DNA of 64,000 bases from Malacoraja senta (Eukaryota), in assembly GCA_038087875.1 (NCBI GenBank), contig CM075985.1, positions 25,234,001 to 25,298,000 on the forward strand. Direction: 5' to 3'. The position numbers were made by a program, and so were the translations under genes. Every line of letters starts with the position of its first letter. The first letter of the stretch is position 1. Of this stretch, positions 53,101-63,858 are shown one piece after another. Under the pieces are notes generated by a model. That model worked only from the letters and a program-made list of their open reading frames with translations, was not told where the DNA came from and searched no databases.

Positions 53101-56100
53101 CTTTTTAAAATTATTTAGGCAACCTGCACCAAAACGCCACTTTAATATGGTAGAGGCTTCTATATTTTCGTGGTGAGAAACTACATTTTTTGAATAAAGG
53201 AATGAACAAATATTCCTGAAGAGGGTGCTGAGTAGAACTTCACTAAACAAAGCACAGTCCTAAAGGAAAAGCTAACAAGATTGATAGATGATGTTACTAA
53301 CCTGATGTGGTGCTGGTGGTGGTCTCAGTTGTTGGTGTCGTTTCTAGTGAAAAAAAAGAATGCTGTATTCAAGTGGGGCAGCCAAGAGGAATTGGTACGC
53401 AGTTATAAAGCCATCAACAGCAATTCATGAGCTGGCACATTTTATGAAAGTGTTTTAATATGTAGATTGGTTACTTCTTAATAATATATGCAAAGATAAA
53501 CTGCTCAGCAACAACAGACTGTGTCCCCCGCGGCCTCTCCACGGCGTTCAGCGCCCAGCTCGCCTATTTCACCACCTCAACTCGGTGGGTCTCCGGTGAT
53601 GGCCCCGGTCACTTCCCCGGTCACTTCCCTGTCATTTCACCAGTGAATTGAATAAAGCATGTGGCCATACTATATGGCTGCATTACTTTTTCCTTGTCAA
53701 TCAGCAGCTGAATATTTCAGGGCCATCATAAACAATTTCAATTTCTTAATGTACCAACTTCAGATTTTGTGGAAGCTCAGCAAGTATTCTAAGAACTACT
53801 GATCAGAAATTTAGAACATAAGGAGCGGTAAAGTGCCACAGCTGGTGCAACTCCTACCTCACAGCACCAGAGAATTCAGATTGATTTGTTCCACAGGTGT
53901 TGTGTGCATGGAGATTACATGTACTCCTGTTGTGTGTGCCTTTCCTACAAGTGTCTGAAATATATTGTCACTAACCTGATGTAGTACTGGTTGTGGTCTC
54001 AGTTGTTGATGTAGTTGTTGGTGTTTCTACTGAAAGAAAATAATGCAATATTCAACCAAGGCAGCCAAGAGGAATTGGTATACACCTAACCATTGGTAGT
54101 CAGGAAACCATCAGCAGGAATTCATATGCTGGCACACTTTATTAACATGTTTAACAGATGGCATTTTTGTTCTTCGTAGAATAAAATGGCAGGCCAAATT
54201 ATATCTGATCAATCAGCAGCTGAATATTTCTGTGCCATCACAAATAAACCTGTTCTCTCTATATACCAGTTGCAGATTTCCTGGAAGATCAACCGTCTTC
54301 CAAATACCGCAAGGTCTACTTGATACCATATTTTCTAATACCATTATTCGTTGATCCATTTTTGAAAAATCTTTGAGCTGAAACAAAACTGTTTAACAGC
54401 GTTGCCATGACCAAAAACTCCCGGAATAGTGGAAGAGGCGAAGGGAAGAGACCTTTTCTATAAAAGTGAAAATCCTTATCCATATCTACTGTAAGGTGCC
54501 AGACTCAATTCACTTTTTAAATTATTATTGCAGGCAATCAGCACCAAAAGGCCTCCTTAATTCGGTAGTTGTTTCTATATTTTCTTGGTGAGAAACTACA
54601 TTTTTGGAATAAAGCAATGAACAAATTTTCCTGAAGAGGGTGCTATATAGAGCTTCACTAAACAAAGCACAGTCCTAAAGGAAAAGCTAACAAGATTGAT
54701 AGATGATGTTACTAACCTGATGTAATGCTGGTGGTGGTCTCTGTTGTTGGTGTCGTTTCTAGTGAGAATGCTGTATTCAAGTGGGGCAGCCAAGAGGAAT
54801 TGGTACGCAGTTATAAAGCCATCAACAGGAATTCATGAGCTGGCATATTTTATGAAAACGTTTTACTAGTTGTCACTTTCTTCATCAGTCAATAAAGCAT
54901 GCGGCCATACTATATGACTGCATTGATTTTTCCTCGTCTTTCAGAAATTGCAGCTGATCAGGCATTTAGTAAGATTGAGTTGGCACAGATGTGCAGCCGG
55001 TAGAGCTGCAGCCTCATAGTGTTAGAGATTAGTATTCTATCCTGACCTCGGTTTCTGTCTATGCTGGGATTGCACGTTCTCCTTTTCACTGCCTGTGATC
55101 CCCCAAGTTTTTAACAGAGGATGATACTGACCTGATGTTGTGGTGGTCCCAGATGTTGATGTAGTTGTTTCTAGTGAAATAAAAAAAATGTTATGTTCCA
55201 CTGAGACAAACAAGAGGAATTGTTATGCAGTTTAGAATCCTTCAACAGGAATTTATCAACTGGCACCTTTTAATAAAACATTTTACACTTGATATTTCCT
55301 TATCAGTGAATAAAGCGTGCGGCCATACTATGCGGCTGCATTACTACTTCCTTGTCAATCAGCAGCTGTATATGTCAGGGCCATCACAAACAATTTCAAT
55401 TTCTTAATGTACCAACTTCAGATTTTGTGGAAGCTCAGCAAGTATTCCAAGAACTACTGATCAGAAATTTAGAACATAAGGAGCGGTAAAGTGCCACAGC
55501 TGGTGCAACTCCTACCTCACAGCACCAGAGACTTCAGATTGATGTGTTCCATGGGTGTTGTGTTCATGGAGATTACATGTACTCCCTGTTATGTGTCCCT
55601 TTCCTACAAGTGTCTTAAATATATTGTCACTAACCTGATGTAGTACTGGTAGTGGTCTCAGTTGTTGATGTAGTTGTTGGTGTTTCTAGTGAAAGAAAAT
55701 AATGCAATATTCAACCAAGACAGCCAAGAGAAATTGGTATACAGCTAACTATTGGTAGTCAGGAAACCATCAGTAGGAATTCATATGCTGGCACACTTTA
55801 TTAAAATGTTTAACAGATGGCATTTTTGTTCTTCATAGAATAAAATTGTAGGGCAAAATATACTTTTGATCAATCAGCAGCTGAATATTTCTGTGCCATC
55901 ACAAATAATCCTGTTCTATCTGTCACCAGTTGCAGATTTCCTGGAAGATAAACCGTCTTCCAAAGACCGCAAGGTCTACTTAATACCATAATTTCTAATA
56001 GTATGGAATGTGTGTACTATGGGTAAGCATGTCTGTTCATATGTCCCATTGATACATGATTCTCAACTTGCATAAAATGTGTTCATATTAATCATGGTTT

Positions 56101-59100
56101 TGTAGTTTGCTACGGAATGTCCGAAGAAATTGAGAAGCAGAAAACACCAACTCACATCCTCCACAAATCTGAACTATTTTGAAATTGTGCCATAATTTGG
56201 TAAAACTGTTATGTCAAACATTGACAGCTTAACATGTATATTTGCACAATTTATGCCAATAATGTAAGCAAAGATGCAAGAAGTTAGCCACAGAGCTGAT
56301 GTTAGAAATGTGTTTCATTGTCTTTGATTTGCCAATGTTTATGGAAAGTGGTTTGACTCACCTGTTGTGGAACTGGAGGTGGACTCAGTTGTACCAGTTG
56401 TCAAAGATGTTGTTGGTGTTGTTCCTTGAGAGCAAATAGAAAAGCATTTACAAATTGAATTGCAAGAGTCACCAATCAATTTCAGTACGATACTGCACAT
56501 TTTCCTGAGACTGGGCTGAATTTTAACAATGTTCATTGTTCGTGCCTAAGCAAAGGACATTTAGAAGTTAACCAAATTTTGCTTCGTCATTTATCAAGGA
56601 CCGAAATTATGAAAAGACATTGTGATTTTTCAAAGAAAGTTCTGAACTCCTTTATTGATCCATTTTGGAAAAATCATTGAGCAGAAACAAAACTGTTTAA
56701 CTGCGTTGCCATGACCAAAAACTCCCGGAAAATTGGAAGAGGCAAAGGGAAGAGACCTTTTCTAAAAAAGTGAAAATCCTTATCCATGTCAACTGAAAAG
56801 TGCCAGCCTCAATGCTGTTTTTAAAATTATTGTAGGCAGCCAGCATCTAAAGGCCTCCTTAATTTGGTAGTAGCTTCTATATTTTCGTGTTGACAAACTA
56901 CATTTTTGAATAAAGCAATGAACAAATGTTCCTGAAGAGGGTGCTATATAGAGCTTCACTAAACAAAGCACAGTCCTAAAGGAAAAGCTAACAAGATTGA
57001 TAGATGATGTTACTAACCTGATGTAGTGCTGGTGGTGGTCTCAGTTGTTGGTGTCGTTTCTAGTGAAAGAAAATATTGCTGTATTCAAGTGGGACAGTCA
57101 AGAGGAATTGGTACACAGTTATAAAGCCATCAACAGGAATTCATGAGCTGGCACATTTTATGAAAGTGTTTTAATATATAGATTGGTTACTTCTTACTAA
57201 TATAAGCGAAGATAAACTGCTCAGCAACAACAGACTGTGTCCCCCGCGGCCTCTCCACTGTGTTCAGCGCCCAGCTCGCCTATTTCACCACCTCAACTCG
57301 GTGGGTCTCCGGTGCTGTCCCCGGTCACTTCCCCGTCACTTCACCGGTGAATTGAATAAAGCATGCGGCCATACTATACGGCTGCATTACTTTTTCCTTG
57401 TCAATCAGCAGCTGAATATTTCAGGGCCATCATAAACAATTTCAATTTCTTAATGTACCAACTTCAGATTTTGTGGAAGCTCAGCAAGTATTCTAAGAAC
57501 TACTGATCAGAAATTTAGAACATAAGGAGCGGTAAAGTGCCACAGCTGGTGCAACTCCTACCTCGCAGCACCAGAGAATTCAGATTGATTTGTTCCACAG
57601 GTGTTGTGTGCATGGAGGTTACATGTACTCCTGTTGTGTGTGCCTTTCCTACAAGTGTCTGAAATATATTGTCACTAACCTGATGTAGTACTGGTTGTGG
57701 TCTCAGTTGTTGATGTAGTTGTTGGTGTTTCTACTGAAAGAAAATAATGCAATATTCAACCAAGGCAGCCAAGAGGAATTGGTATACACCTAACTATTGG
57801 TAGTCAGGAAACCATCAGCAGGAATTCATATGCTGGCACACTTTATTGAAATGTTTAACAGATGGCATTTTTGTTCTTCGTAGAATAAAATGGCAGGCCA
57901 AATTATATCTGATCAATCAGCAGCTGAATATTTCTGTGCCATCACAAATAAACCTGTTCTCTCTATATACCAGTTGCAGATTTCCTGGAAGATCAACCGT
58001 CTTCCAAATACTGCAAGGTCTACTTAATACCATATTTTCTAATACCATTATTCGTTGATCCATTTTTGAAAAATCTTTGAGCTGAAACAAAACTGTTTAA
58101 CAGCGTTGCCATGACCAAAAACTCCCGGAATAGTGGAAGAGGCGAAGGGAAGAGACCTTTTCTATAAAAGTGAAATCCTTATCCATGTCTACTGAAAGGT
58201 GCCAGACTCAATTCACTTTTTAAATTATTATTGCAGGCAATCAGCACCAAAAGGCCTCCTTAATTCGGTAGTTGTTTCTATATTTTCTTGGTGAGAAACT
58301 ACATTTTTGGAATAAAGCAATGAACAAATATTCCTGAAGAGGGTGCTATATAGAGCTTAACTAAACAAAGCACAGTCCTAAAGGAAAAGCTAACAAGATT
58401 GATAGATGATGTTACTAACCTGATGTAATGCTGGTGGTGGTCTCTGTTGTTGGTGTCGTTTCCAGTGAAAAAAAAGAATGCTGTATTCAAGTGGGGCAGC
58501 CAAGAGGAATTGGTACGCAGTTATAAAGCCATCAACAGGAATTCATGAGCTGGCATATTTTATGAAAACGTTTTACTAGTTGTCACTTTCTTCATCAGTC
58601 AATAAAGCATGCGGCCATACTATATGGTGCATTGATTTTTCCTCGTCTTTCAGAAATTGCAGCTGATCAGGCATTTAGTAAGATTGAGTTGGCACAGATG
58701 TGCAGCTGGTAGAGCTGCAGCCTCATAGTGTTAGAGATTTGTATTCTATCCTGACCTCGGTTGCTGTCTATGCTGGGATTGCACGTTCTCCTTTTCACTG
58801 CCTGTGATCCCCCAAGTTTTTAACAGAGGATGATACTGACCTGATGTTGTGGTGGTCCCAGATGTTGATGTAGTTGTTTCTAGTGAAATAAAAAAATGTT
58901 ATGTTCCACTGAGACAAACAAGAGGAATTGTTATGCAGTTTAGAATCCTTCAACAGGAATTTATCAACTGGCACCTTTTAATAAAACATTTTACACTTGA
59001 TATTTCCTTATCAGTGAATAAAGCGTGCGGCCATACAATGCGGCTACATTAATTTTTCCTTGTCAATCAGCAGCTGAATATGTCAGGGCCATCACAAACA

Positions 59101-62100
59101 ATTTCAATTTCTTAATGTACCAACTTCAGATTTTGTGGAAGCTCAGCAAGTATTCCAAGAACTACTGATCAGAAATTTAGAACATAAGGAGCGGTAAAGT
59201 GCCACAGCTGGTGCAACTCCTACCTCACAGCACCAGAGACTTCAGATTGATTTGTTCCATGGGTGTTGTGTGCATGGAGATTAAATGTACTCCTGTTATG
59301 TGTGCCTTTCCTACAAGTGTCAGAAATATATTGTCACTAACCTGATGTAGTACTGGTAGTGGTCTCAGTTGATGATGTAGTTGTTGGTGTTTCTAGTGAA
59401 AGAAAATAATGCAATATTCAACCAAGACAGCCAAGAGGAATTGGTATACAGCTAACTATTGGTAGTCAGGAAACCATCAGCTGGAATTCATATGCTGGCA
59501 CACTTTATTAAAATGTTTAACAGATGGCATTTTTGTTCTTCATAGAATAAAATTGTAGGGCAAAACATACTTTTGATCAATCAGCAGCTGAATATTTCTG
59601 TGCCATCACAAATAATCCTGTGCTATCTATACACCAGTTGCGGATTTCCTGGAAGATCAACCGTCTTCCAAAGACCGCAAGGTCTACTTAATACCATAAT
59701 TTCTAATAGTATGGAATGTGTGTACTATGGGTAAGCATGTCTGTTCATATGTCCCATTGATACATGATTCTCAACTTGCATAAAATGTGTTCATATTAAT
59801 CATGGTTTTGTTTTTTGCTACGGAATGTCCGAAGAAATAGAGAAGCAGAAAACACCAACACATATCCTCCACAAATCTGAACTATTTTGAAATTGTGTCA
59901 TAATTTGGTTCAATTGTTATGAGCCAAACATTGACATCTTAACGTGTATATTTGCACAATTTATGCCAATAATGTAAGCAAAGATGCAAGAAGTAAGTCA
60001 CAGAGCTGATGTTAGAAATGTTGTTTCATTGTCTTTGATTTGCCAATGTTTATGGAAAGTGGTTTGACTCACCTGTTGTGGAACTGGAGGTGGACTCAGT
60101 TGTACCAGTTGTCAAAGATGTTGTTGGTGTTGTTCCTTGAGAGCAAATAGAAAAGCATTTACAAATTGAATTGCAAGAGTCACCAATCAATTTCAGTACG
60201 ATACTGCACATTTTCCTGAGACTGGGCTGAATTTTAACAATGTTCATTGTTCGTGCCTAAGCAAAGGACATTTAGAAGTTAACCAAATTTTGCTTCGTCA
60301 TTTATCAAGGACCGAAATTATGAAAAGACATTGTGATTTTTCAAAGAAAGTTCTGAACTTCTTTATTGATCAATTTTGGAAAAATCATTGAGCAGAAACA
60401 AAACTGTTTAACAGCGTTGCCATGACCAAAAACTCCCGGAATAGTGGAAGAGGCGAAGGGAAGAGACCTTTTCTATAAAAGTGAAAATCCTTATCCATGT
60501 CAACTGAAAAGTGCCAGCCTCAATGCTCTTTTAAAAATTATTTAGGCAACCAGCACCAAAAGGCCACCTTAATATGGTAGAGCCTTCTATATTTTCGTGG
60601 TGAGAAACTACATTTTTCGAATAAAGGAATGAACAAATATTCCAGAAGAGGGTGCTGTGTAGAACTTCACTAAACAAAGCACAGTCCTAAAGGAAAACCT
60701 AACAAGATTGATAGATGATGTTACTAACCTGATGTAGTGCTGGTGGTGGTCTCAGTTGTTGGTGTCGTTTCTAGTGAAAGAAAGAATGCTGTATTCAAGT
60801 GGAGCAGCCAAGAGGAATTGGTACACAGTTATAAAGCCATCAACAGCAATTCATGAGCTGGCACATTTTATGAAAGTGTTTTAATATGTAGATTGGTTAC
60901 TTCTTAATAATATATGCAAAGATAAACTGCTCAGCAACAACAGACTGTGTCCCCCGCAGCCTCTCCACGGCGTTCAGCGCCCAGCTCTCCTATTTCACCA
61001 CCTCAACTCGGTAGGTCTCCGGTGATGGCCCCGGTCAATTCCCCGGTCACTTCCCCGTCATTTCACCAGTGAATTGAATAAAGCATGCGGCCATACTATA
61101 CGGCTGCATTACTTTTTCCTTGTCAATCAGCAGCTGAATATTTCAGGGCCATCATAAACAATTTCAATTTCTTAATGTACCAACTTCAGATTTTGTGGAA
61201 GCTCAGCAAGTATTCTAAGAACTACTGATCAGAAATTTAGAACATAAGGAGCGGTAAAGTGCCACAGCTGGTGCAACTCCTACCTCACAGCACCAGAGAC
61301 TTCAGATTGATTTGTTCCACAGGTGTTGTGTACATGGAGATTACATGTACTCCTGTTGTGTGTGCCTTTCCTACAAGTGTCTGAAATATATTGTCACTAA
61401 CCTGATGTAGTACTGGTTGTGGTCTCAGTTGTTGATGCAGTTGTTGGTGTTTCTACTGAAAGGAAATAATGCAATATTCAACCAAGGCAGCCAAGAGGAA
61501 TTGGTATACACCTAACTATTGGTAGTCAGGAAACCAGCAGGAATTCATATGCTGGCACGCTTTATTAAAATGTTTAACAGATGGCATTTTTGTTCTTCGT
61601 AGAATAAAATGGCAGGCCAAATTATATCTGATCAATGAGCAGCTGAATATTTCTGTGCCATCACAAATAAACCTGTTCTCTCTATACACCAGTTGCAGAT
61701 TTCCTGGAAGATCAACCGTCTTCCAAATACCGCAAGGTCTACTTAATACCATATTTTCTAATACCATTATTCGTTGATCCATTTTTGAAAAATCTTTGAG
61801 CTGAAACAAAACTGTTTAACAGCATTGACATGACCAAAAACTCCCGGAATAGTGGCAGAGGCGAAGGGAAGAGACCTTTTCTATAAAAGTGAAAATCCAT
61901 ATCCATATCTACTGTAAGGTGCCAGACTCAATTTACTTTTAAAATTATTATTGCAGGCAATCAGCACCAAAAGGCCTCCTTAATTCGGTAGTTGTTTCTA
62001 TATTTTCTTCGTGAGAAACTACATTTTTGGAATAAAGCAATTAACAAATATTCCTGAAGAGGGTGCTATATAGAGCTTCACTAAACAAAGCACAGTCCTA

Positions 62101-63858
62101 AAGGAAAAGCTAACAAGATTGATAGATGATGTTACTAACCTGATGTAATGCTGGTGATGGTCTCTGTTGTTGGTGTCGTTTCTAGTGAAAAAAAAGAATG
62201 CTGTATTCAAGTGGGGCAGCCAAGAGGAATTGGTACGCAGTTATAAAGCCATCAACAGGAATTCATGAGCTGGCATATTTTATGAAAACGTTTTACTAGT
62301 TGTCACTTTCTTCATCAGTCAATAAAGCATGCGGCCATAAAATATGGCGGAATTGATTTTTCCTCGTCTTTGAGAAATTGCAGGTGATCAGGCATTTAGT
62401 AAGATTGAGTTGGCACAGATGTGCAGCTGGTAGAGCTGCAGCCTCATAGTGTTAGAGATTTGTATTCTATCCTGACCTCGGTTGCTGTCTATGCTGGGAT
62501 TGCACGTTGTCCTTTTCACTGCCTGTGATGCCCCAAGTTTTTAACAGAGGAATATACTGACCTGATGTTGTGGTGGTCCCAGATGTTGATGTAGTTGTTT
62601 CTAGTGAAATAAAAAAAATGTTATGTTCCACTGAGACAAACAAGAGGAATTGTTATGCAGTTTAGAATCCTTCAACAGGAATTTATCAACTGGCACCTTT
62701 TAATAAAACATTTTACACTCGATATTTCCTTATCAGTGAATAAAGCGTGCGGCCATACAATGCGGCTGCATTACTTTTTCCTTGTCAATCAGCAGCTGAA
62801 TATTTCAGGGCCATCACAAACAATTTCAATTTCTTAATGTACCAACTTCAGATTTTGTGGAAGCTCAGCAAGTATTCCAAGAACTACTGATCAGAAATTT
62901 AGAACATAAGGAGCGGTAAAGTGCCACAGCTGGTGCAACTCCTACCTCACAGCACCAGAGACTTCAGATTGATTTGTTCCATGGGTGTTGTGTGCATGGA
63001 GATTACATATACTCCCTGTTATGTGTGCCTTTCCTACAAGTGTCAGAAATATATTGTCACTAACCTGATGTAGTACTGGTAGTGGTCTCAGTTGATGATG
63101 TAGTTGTTGGTGTTTCTAGTGAAAGAAAATAATGCAATATTCAACCAAGACAGCCAAGAGGAATTGGTATACAGCTAACTATTGGTAGTCAGGAAACCAT
63201 CAGCAGGAATTCATATGCTGGCACACTTTATTAAAATGTTTAACAGATGGCATTTTTGTTCTTCATAAAATAAAATTGTAGGGCAAAACATACTTTTGAT
63301 CAATCAGCAGCTGTCTATTTCTGTGCCATCACAAATAATCCTAAGCTATCTATACACCAGTTCCGGATTTCCTGGAAGATCAACCGTCTTCCAAAGACCG
63401 CAAGGTCTACTTAATACCATAATTTCTAATAGTATGGAATGTGTGTACTATGGGTAAGCATGTCTGTTCATATGTCCCATTGATACACGATTCTCAACTT
63501 GCATAAAATGTGTTCATATTAATCATGGTTTTGTTTTTTGCTATGGAATGTCCGAAGAAATAGAGAAGCAGAAAACACCAACACATATCCTCCACAAATC
63601 TGAACTATTTTGAAATTGTGTCATAATTTGGTACAATTGTTATGAGCCAAACATTGACATCTTAACGTGTATATTTTCACAATTTATGCCAATAATGTGA
63701 GCAAAGATGCAAGAAGTAAGTCACAGAGCTGATGTTAGAAATGTTGTTTCATTGTCTTTGATTTGCCAATGTTTATGGAAAGTGGTTTGACTCACCTGTT
63801 GTGGAACTGGAGGTGGACTCAGTTGTACCAGTTGTCAAATATGTTGTTGGTGTTGTTC
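7973..63858 (-). CDS. Multi-exon secreted gel-forming-type mucin, 3' portion: micro-exon-encoded PTS domain + VWC-like domain + C-terminal cystine knot (architecture like MUC19/submaxillary mucin or Xenopus integumentary mucin B.1); 5' end outside the window
   Basis: Manual splicing at canonical AG/GT sites gives one frame: (PTS micro-exons)n-ECTDYSGNFRN-DGDEWSDPNNTCNYYRCSGGTVIEKKLTCFYNSTCDE-VEKVWDDRHCCYYCPEP-VKRCKVQPKSLTIIKDNCTATVELNSCQGNCNSFSM-FDYTIDQMKHNCECCEEQTTEIKEVTLACGNGLSKLYSYISAKTCQCSICESSAP*. Intron phases (1,0,0,1,2) all match. Exact orthology cannot be assigned from this window. Confidence 0.9.
8728..9334. mobile_element. Non-autonomous PIF/Harbinger-type DNA transposon (MITE)
   Basis: TIRs AGGGCCTGTCCCACTTAGGC ... 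GCCTAAGTGGGACAGGCCCT, flanked by a TTA target duplication (8725-8727, 9335-9337). Interior is rich in acgacaac/ctacg repeats. Confidence 0.88.
9376..9481 (-). CDS. Mucin exon: first half of the cystine knot (106 nt, phase 1 to 2)
   Basis: tttttccccaacAG|TG AAA AGA TGT...TTT TCC AT|GTAAGT. Encodes (V)KRCKVQPKSLTIIKDNCTATVELNSCQGNCNSFS(M) with the CxGxC motif. Absent from the ORF track. Confidence 0.9.
9579..9620. repeat. (ACAG)n microsatellite
   Basis: ggacagacagacagacagacagat. Confidence 0.8.
10110..10161 (-). CDS. Mucin exon: end of the VWC-like domain (52 nt, phase 0 to 1)
   Basis: tacgtttAG|GTT GAG AAA...GAG CCA G|GTAAGA. Encodes VEKVWDDRHCCYYCPEP with the CCxxC motif of VWC domains. Confidence 0.88.
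10255..10547 (+). mobile_element. CR1-clade LINE 3' fragment
   Basis: RTRGHRFKV...WKKLPEEVVEAGTIPTFKKQLDKY; tail gggccgaagggcctgcttcc. Confidence 0.85.
11564..11706. other. Assembly gap (143 N)
   Basis: Run of n. Confidence 1.
11770..13117 (-). mobile_element. 5'-truncated CR1 LINE, RT domain with a frameshift near 12740
   Basis: QHGF..GKSCLTNLLEFFE, VYLDFQKAFDKVP, GVPQDSVLGP, FAGDTK (FADD motif mutated), RPHLEYCVQFWSP; (ctattgt)n tail. Confidence 0.95.
14559..14669 (-). CDS. Mucin exon: core of the VWC-like domain (111 nt, phase 0 to 0)
   Basis: ttgtttttcAG|GAT GGT GAT GAA TGG...TGT GAT GAG|GTTTGT. Encodes DGDEWSDPNNTCNYYRCSGGTVIEKKLTCFYNSTCDE (GxxW...C...C pattern). Confidence 0.88.
17590..18300 (-). 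mobile_element. Degraded CR1 fragments
   Basis: Reversed CR1 tail (catatagcatggaaacagacccttc) with WKKLPDEVPKAG...LKRHL, plus a further eroded RT-like segment. Confidence 0.6.
18992..19023 (-). CDS. Mucin exon: first Cys of the VWC-like domain (32 nt, phase 1 to 0), linking the PTS array to the C-terminus
   Basis: tctctctttcctacAG|AA TGC ACA GAC TAC TCA GGA AAC TTC AGA AAT|GTGAGT = (E)CTDYSGNFRN. Supplies the exact phase change needed between the phase-1 PTS exons and the phase-0 exon at 14669. Confidence 0.82.
19565..19615 (-). CDS. Last (divergent) PTS micro-exon, 51 nt: (E)TTPTTSSTEPTTSTTY
   Basis: cttcttcctcaAG|AAACAACGCCA...ACATATG|GTAGGT; phase 1-1. Confidence 0.8.
20066..20110 (-). 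CDS. Divergent PTS micro-exon, 45 nt: (E)TTTSTSGTTTITTP
   Basis: atttcactAG|AAACAACT...ACTCCAG|GTTAGT; phase 1-1. Confidence 0.82.
20744..20806 (-). CDS. PTS micro-exon type D, 63 nt: (G)TTPTTSSTTGTTESTSSSTT
   Basis: tttgctctccAG|GAACAACA...ACAACAG|GTGAGA; phase 1-1. Confidence 0.85.
21402..21443 (-). CDS. PTS micro-exon type C', 42 nt: (E)TTPTTETTTSTSS
   Basis: ttctttcactAG|AAACGACA...TCATCAG|GTTAGT; phase 1-1. Confidence 0.85.
22052..22093 (-). CDS. PTS micro-exon type C, 42 nt: (E)TTPTTETTTSITS
   Basis: ttctttcactAG|AAACGACA...ACATCAG|GTTAGT; phase 1-1. Confidence 0.85.
22476..22514 (-). CDS. PTS micro-exon type B, 39 nt: (E)TTTSTSGTTTTS
   Basis: atttcactAG|AAACAACT...ACATCAG|GTCAGT; phase 1-1. 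Confidence 0.85.
22979..23029 (-). CDS. PTS micro-exon type A, 51 nt: (E)TPTTTSTTETTTSTTS
   Basis: ttttctttcactAG|AAACACCA...ACATCAG|GTTAGT; phase 1-1. Confidence 0.85.
23710..23772 (-). CDS. PTS micro-exon type D, 63 nt: (G)TTPTTSLTTGTTESTSSSTT
   Basis: tttgctctcaAG|GAACA...ACAACAG|GTGAGT. Further copies have their low coordinate at 27435, 32614, 36337, 40050, 43744, 47467, 52646, 56362, 60073 and 63796. Confidence 0.87.
24366..24407 (-). CDS. PTS micro-exon type C', 42 nt variant: (E)TTPTTETTNSTTS
   Basis: cactAG|...|GTTAGT; phase 1-1; ACC>AAC variant. Confidence 0.85.
25039..25089 (-). CDS. PTS micro-exon type A', 51 nt (54 nt if the upstream CAG of a CAGTAG acceptor is used): (E)TPTTTSTTETTTSTTS
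   Basis: ttttctttCAGTAG|AAACACCA...ACATCAG|GTTAGT. Confidence 0.85.
25779..25820 (-). CDS. PTS micro-exon type C, 42 nt
   Basis: cactAG|AAACGACACCAACAACAGAGACC...ACATCAG|GTTAGT. Confidence 0.85.
26201..26239 (-). CDS. PTS micro-exon type B, 39 nt
   Basis: cactAG|AAACAACT...ACATCAG|GTCAGT. Confidence 0.85.
26704..26754 (-). CDS. PTS micro-exon type A, 51 nt: (E)TPTTTSSTETTTSTTS
   Basis: cactAG|AAACACCA...ACATCAG|GTTAGT. Confidence 0.85.
27435..27497 (-). CDS. PTS micro-exon type D, 63 nt
   Basis: Same as 23710-23772; the next unit upstream. Confidence 0.85.
28451..28665 (-). repeat. 215-bp 3' LTR of the Gypsy element (TGT...ACA)
   Basis: Minus strand begins TGTGGCGG right after the PPT and ends GCACTACA at the host junction. 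Contains AATAAA at 28504-28509. Confidence 0.88.
28451..29905 (-). mobile_element. 5'-truncated Ty3/Gypsy LTR retrotransposon: integrase, polypurine tract and 3' LTR
   Basis: Abrupt GC-rich insert. Stop-free integrase with HxxxH...CxxC zinc motif (HGLSH...CIPC), D-D-E residues (HIDIVG, SSDRG, NGLVERF) and GPY/F module (PYEGPF). G-run PPT at ~28669-28677. Confidence 0.95.
38395..38436 (-). pseudogene. Type C micro-exon with destroyed acceptor (AG>GG); probable pseudo-exon
   Basis: Plus strand gtttccagtg instead of gtttctagtg at 38437-38438. Confidence 0.75.
48483..49937 (-). mobile_element. Second copy of the truncated Gypsy integrase-PPT-LTR insert
   Basis: Same 446-aa ORF translation and same host junctions as 28451-29905, offset 20032. 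Confidence 0.95.
58420..58461 (-). pseudogene. Duplicate type C micro-exon with AG>GG acceptor mutation
   Basis: Plus strand gtttccagtg at 58462-58463; 20025-bp offset from 38395. Confidence 0.75.
63796..63858 (-). CDS. Most upstream PTS micro-exon in the window (type D, variant TTPTTYLTTG)
   Basis: ctcaAG|GAACA...ACAACAG|GTGAGT. The array continues past the window end. Confidence 0.83.

Larger units (their letters stand above)
22750..58870. repeat. Higher-order duplication with ~20.03 kb period (5 units + Gypsy insert): about 22.75-38.85 kb matches about 42.78-58.87 kb
   Basis: Unit-specific variants recur at offsets of 20025-20034: Gypsy insert, NST variant exon, AG>GG acceptor, identical ORFs 25379/45413, 32949/52981, 36764/56789, 37821/57846. 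Boundaries are approximate. Confidence 0.9.
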
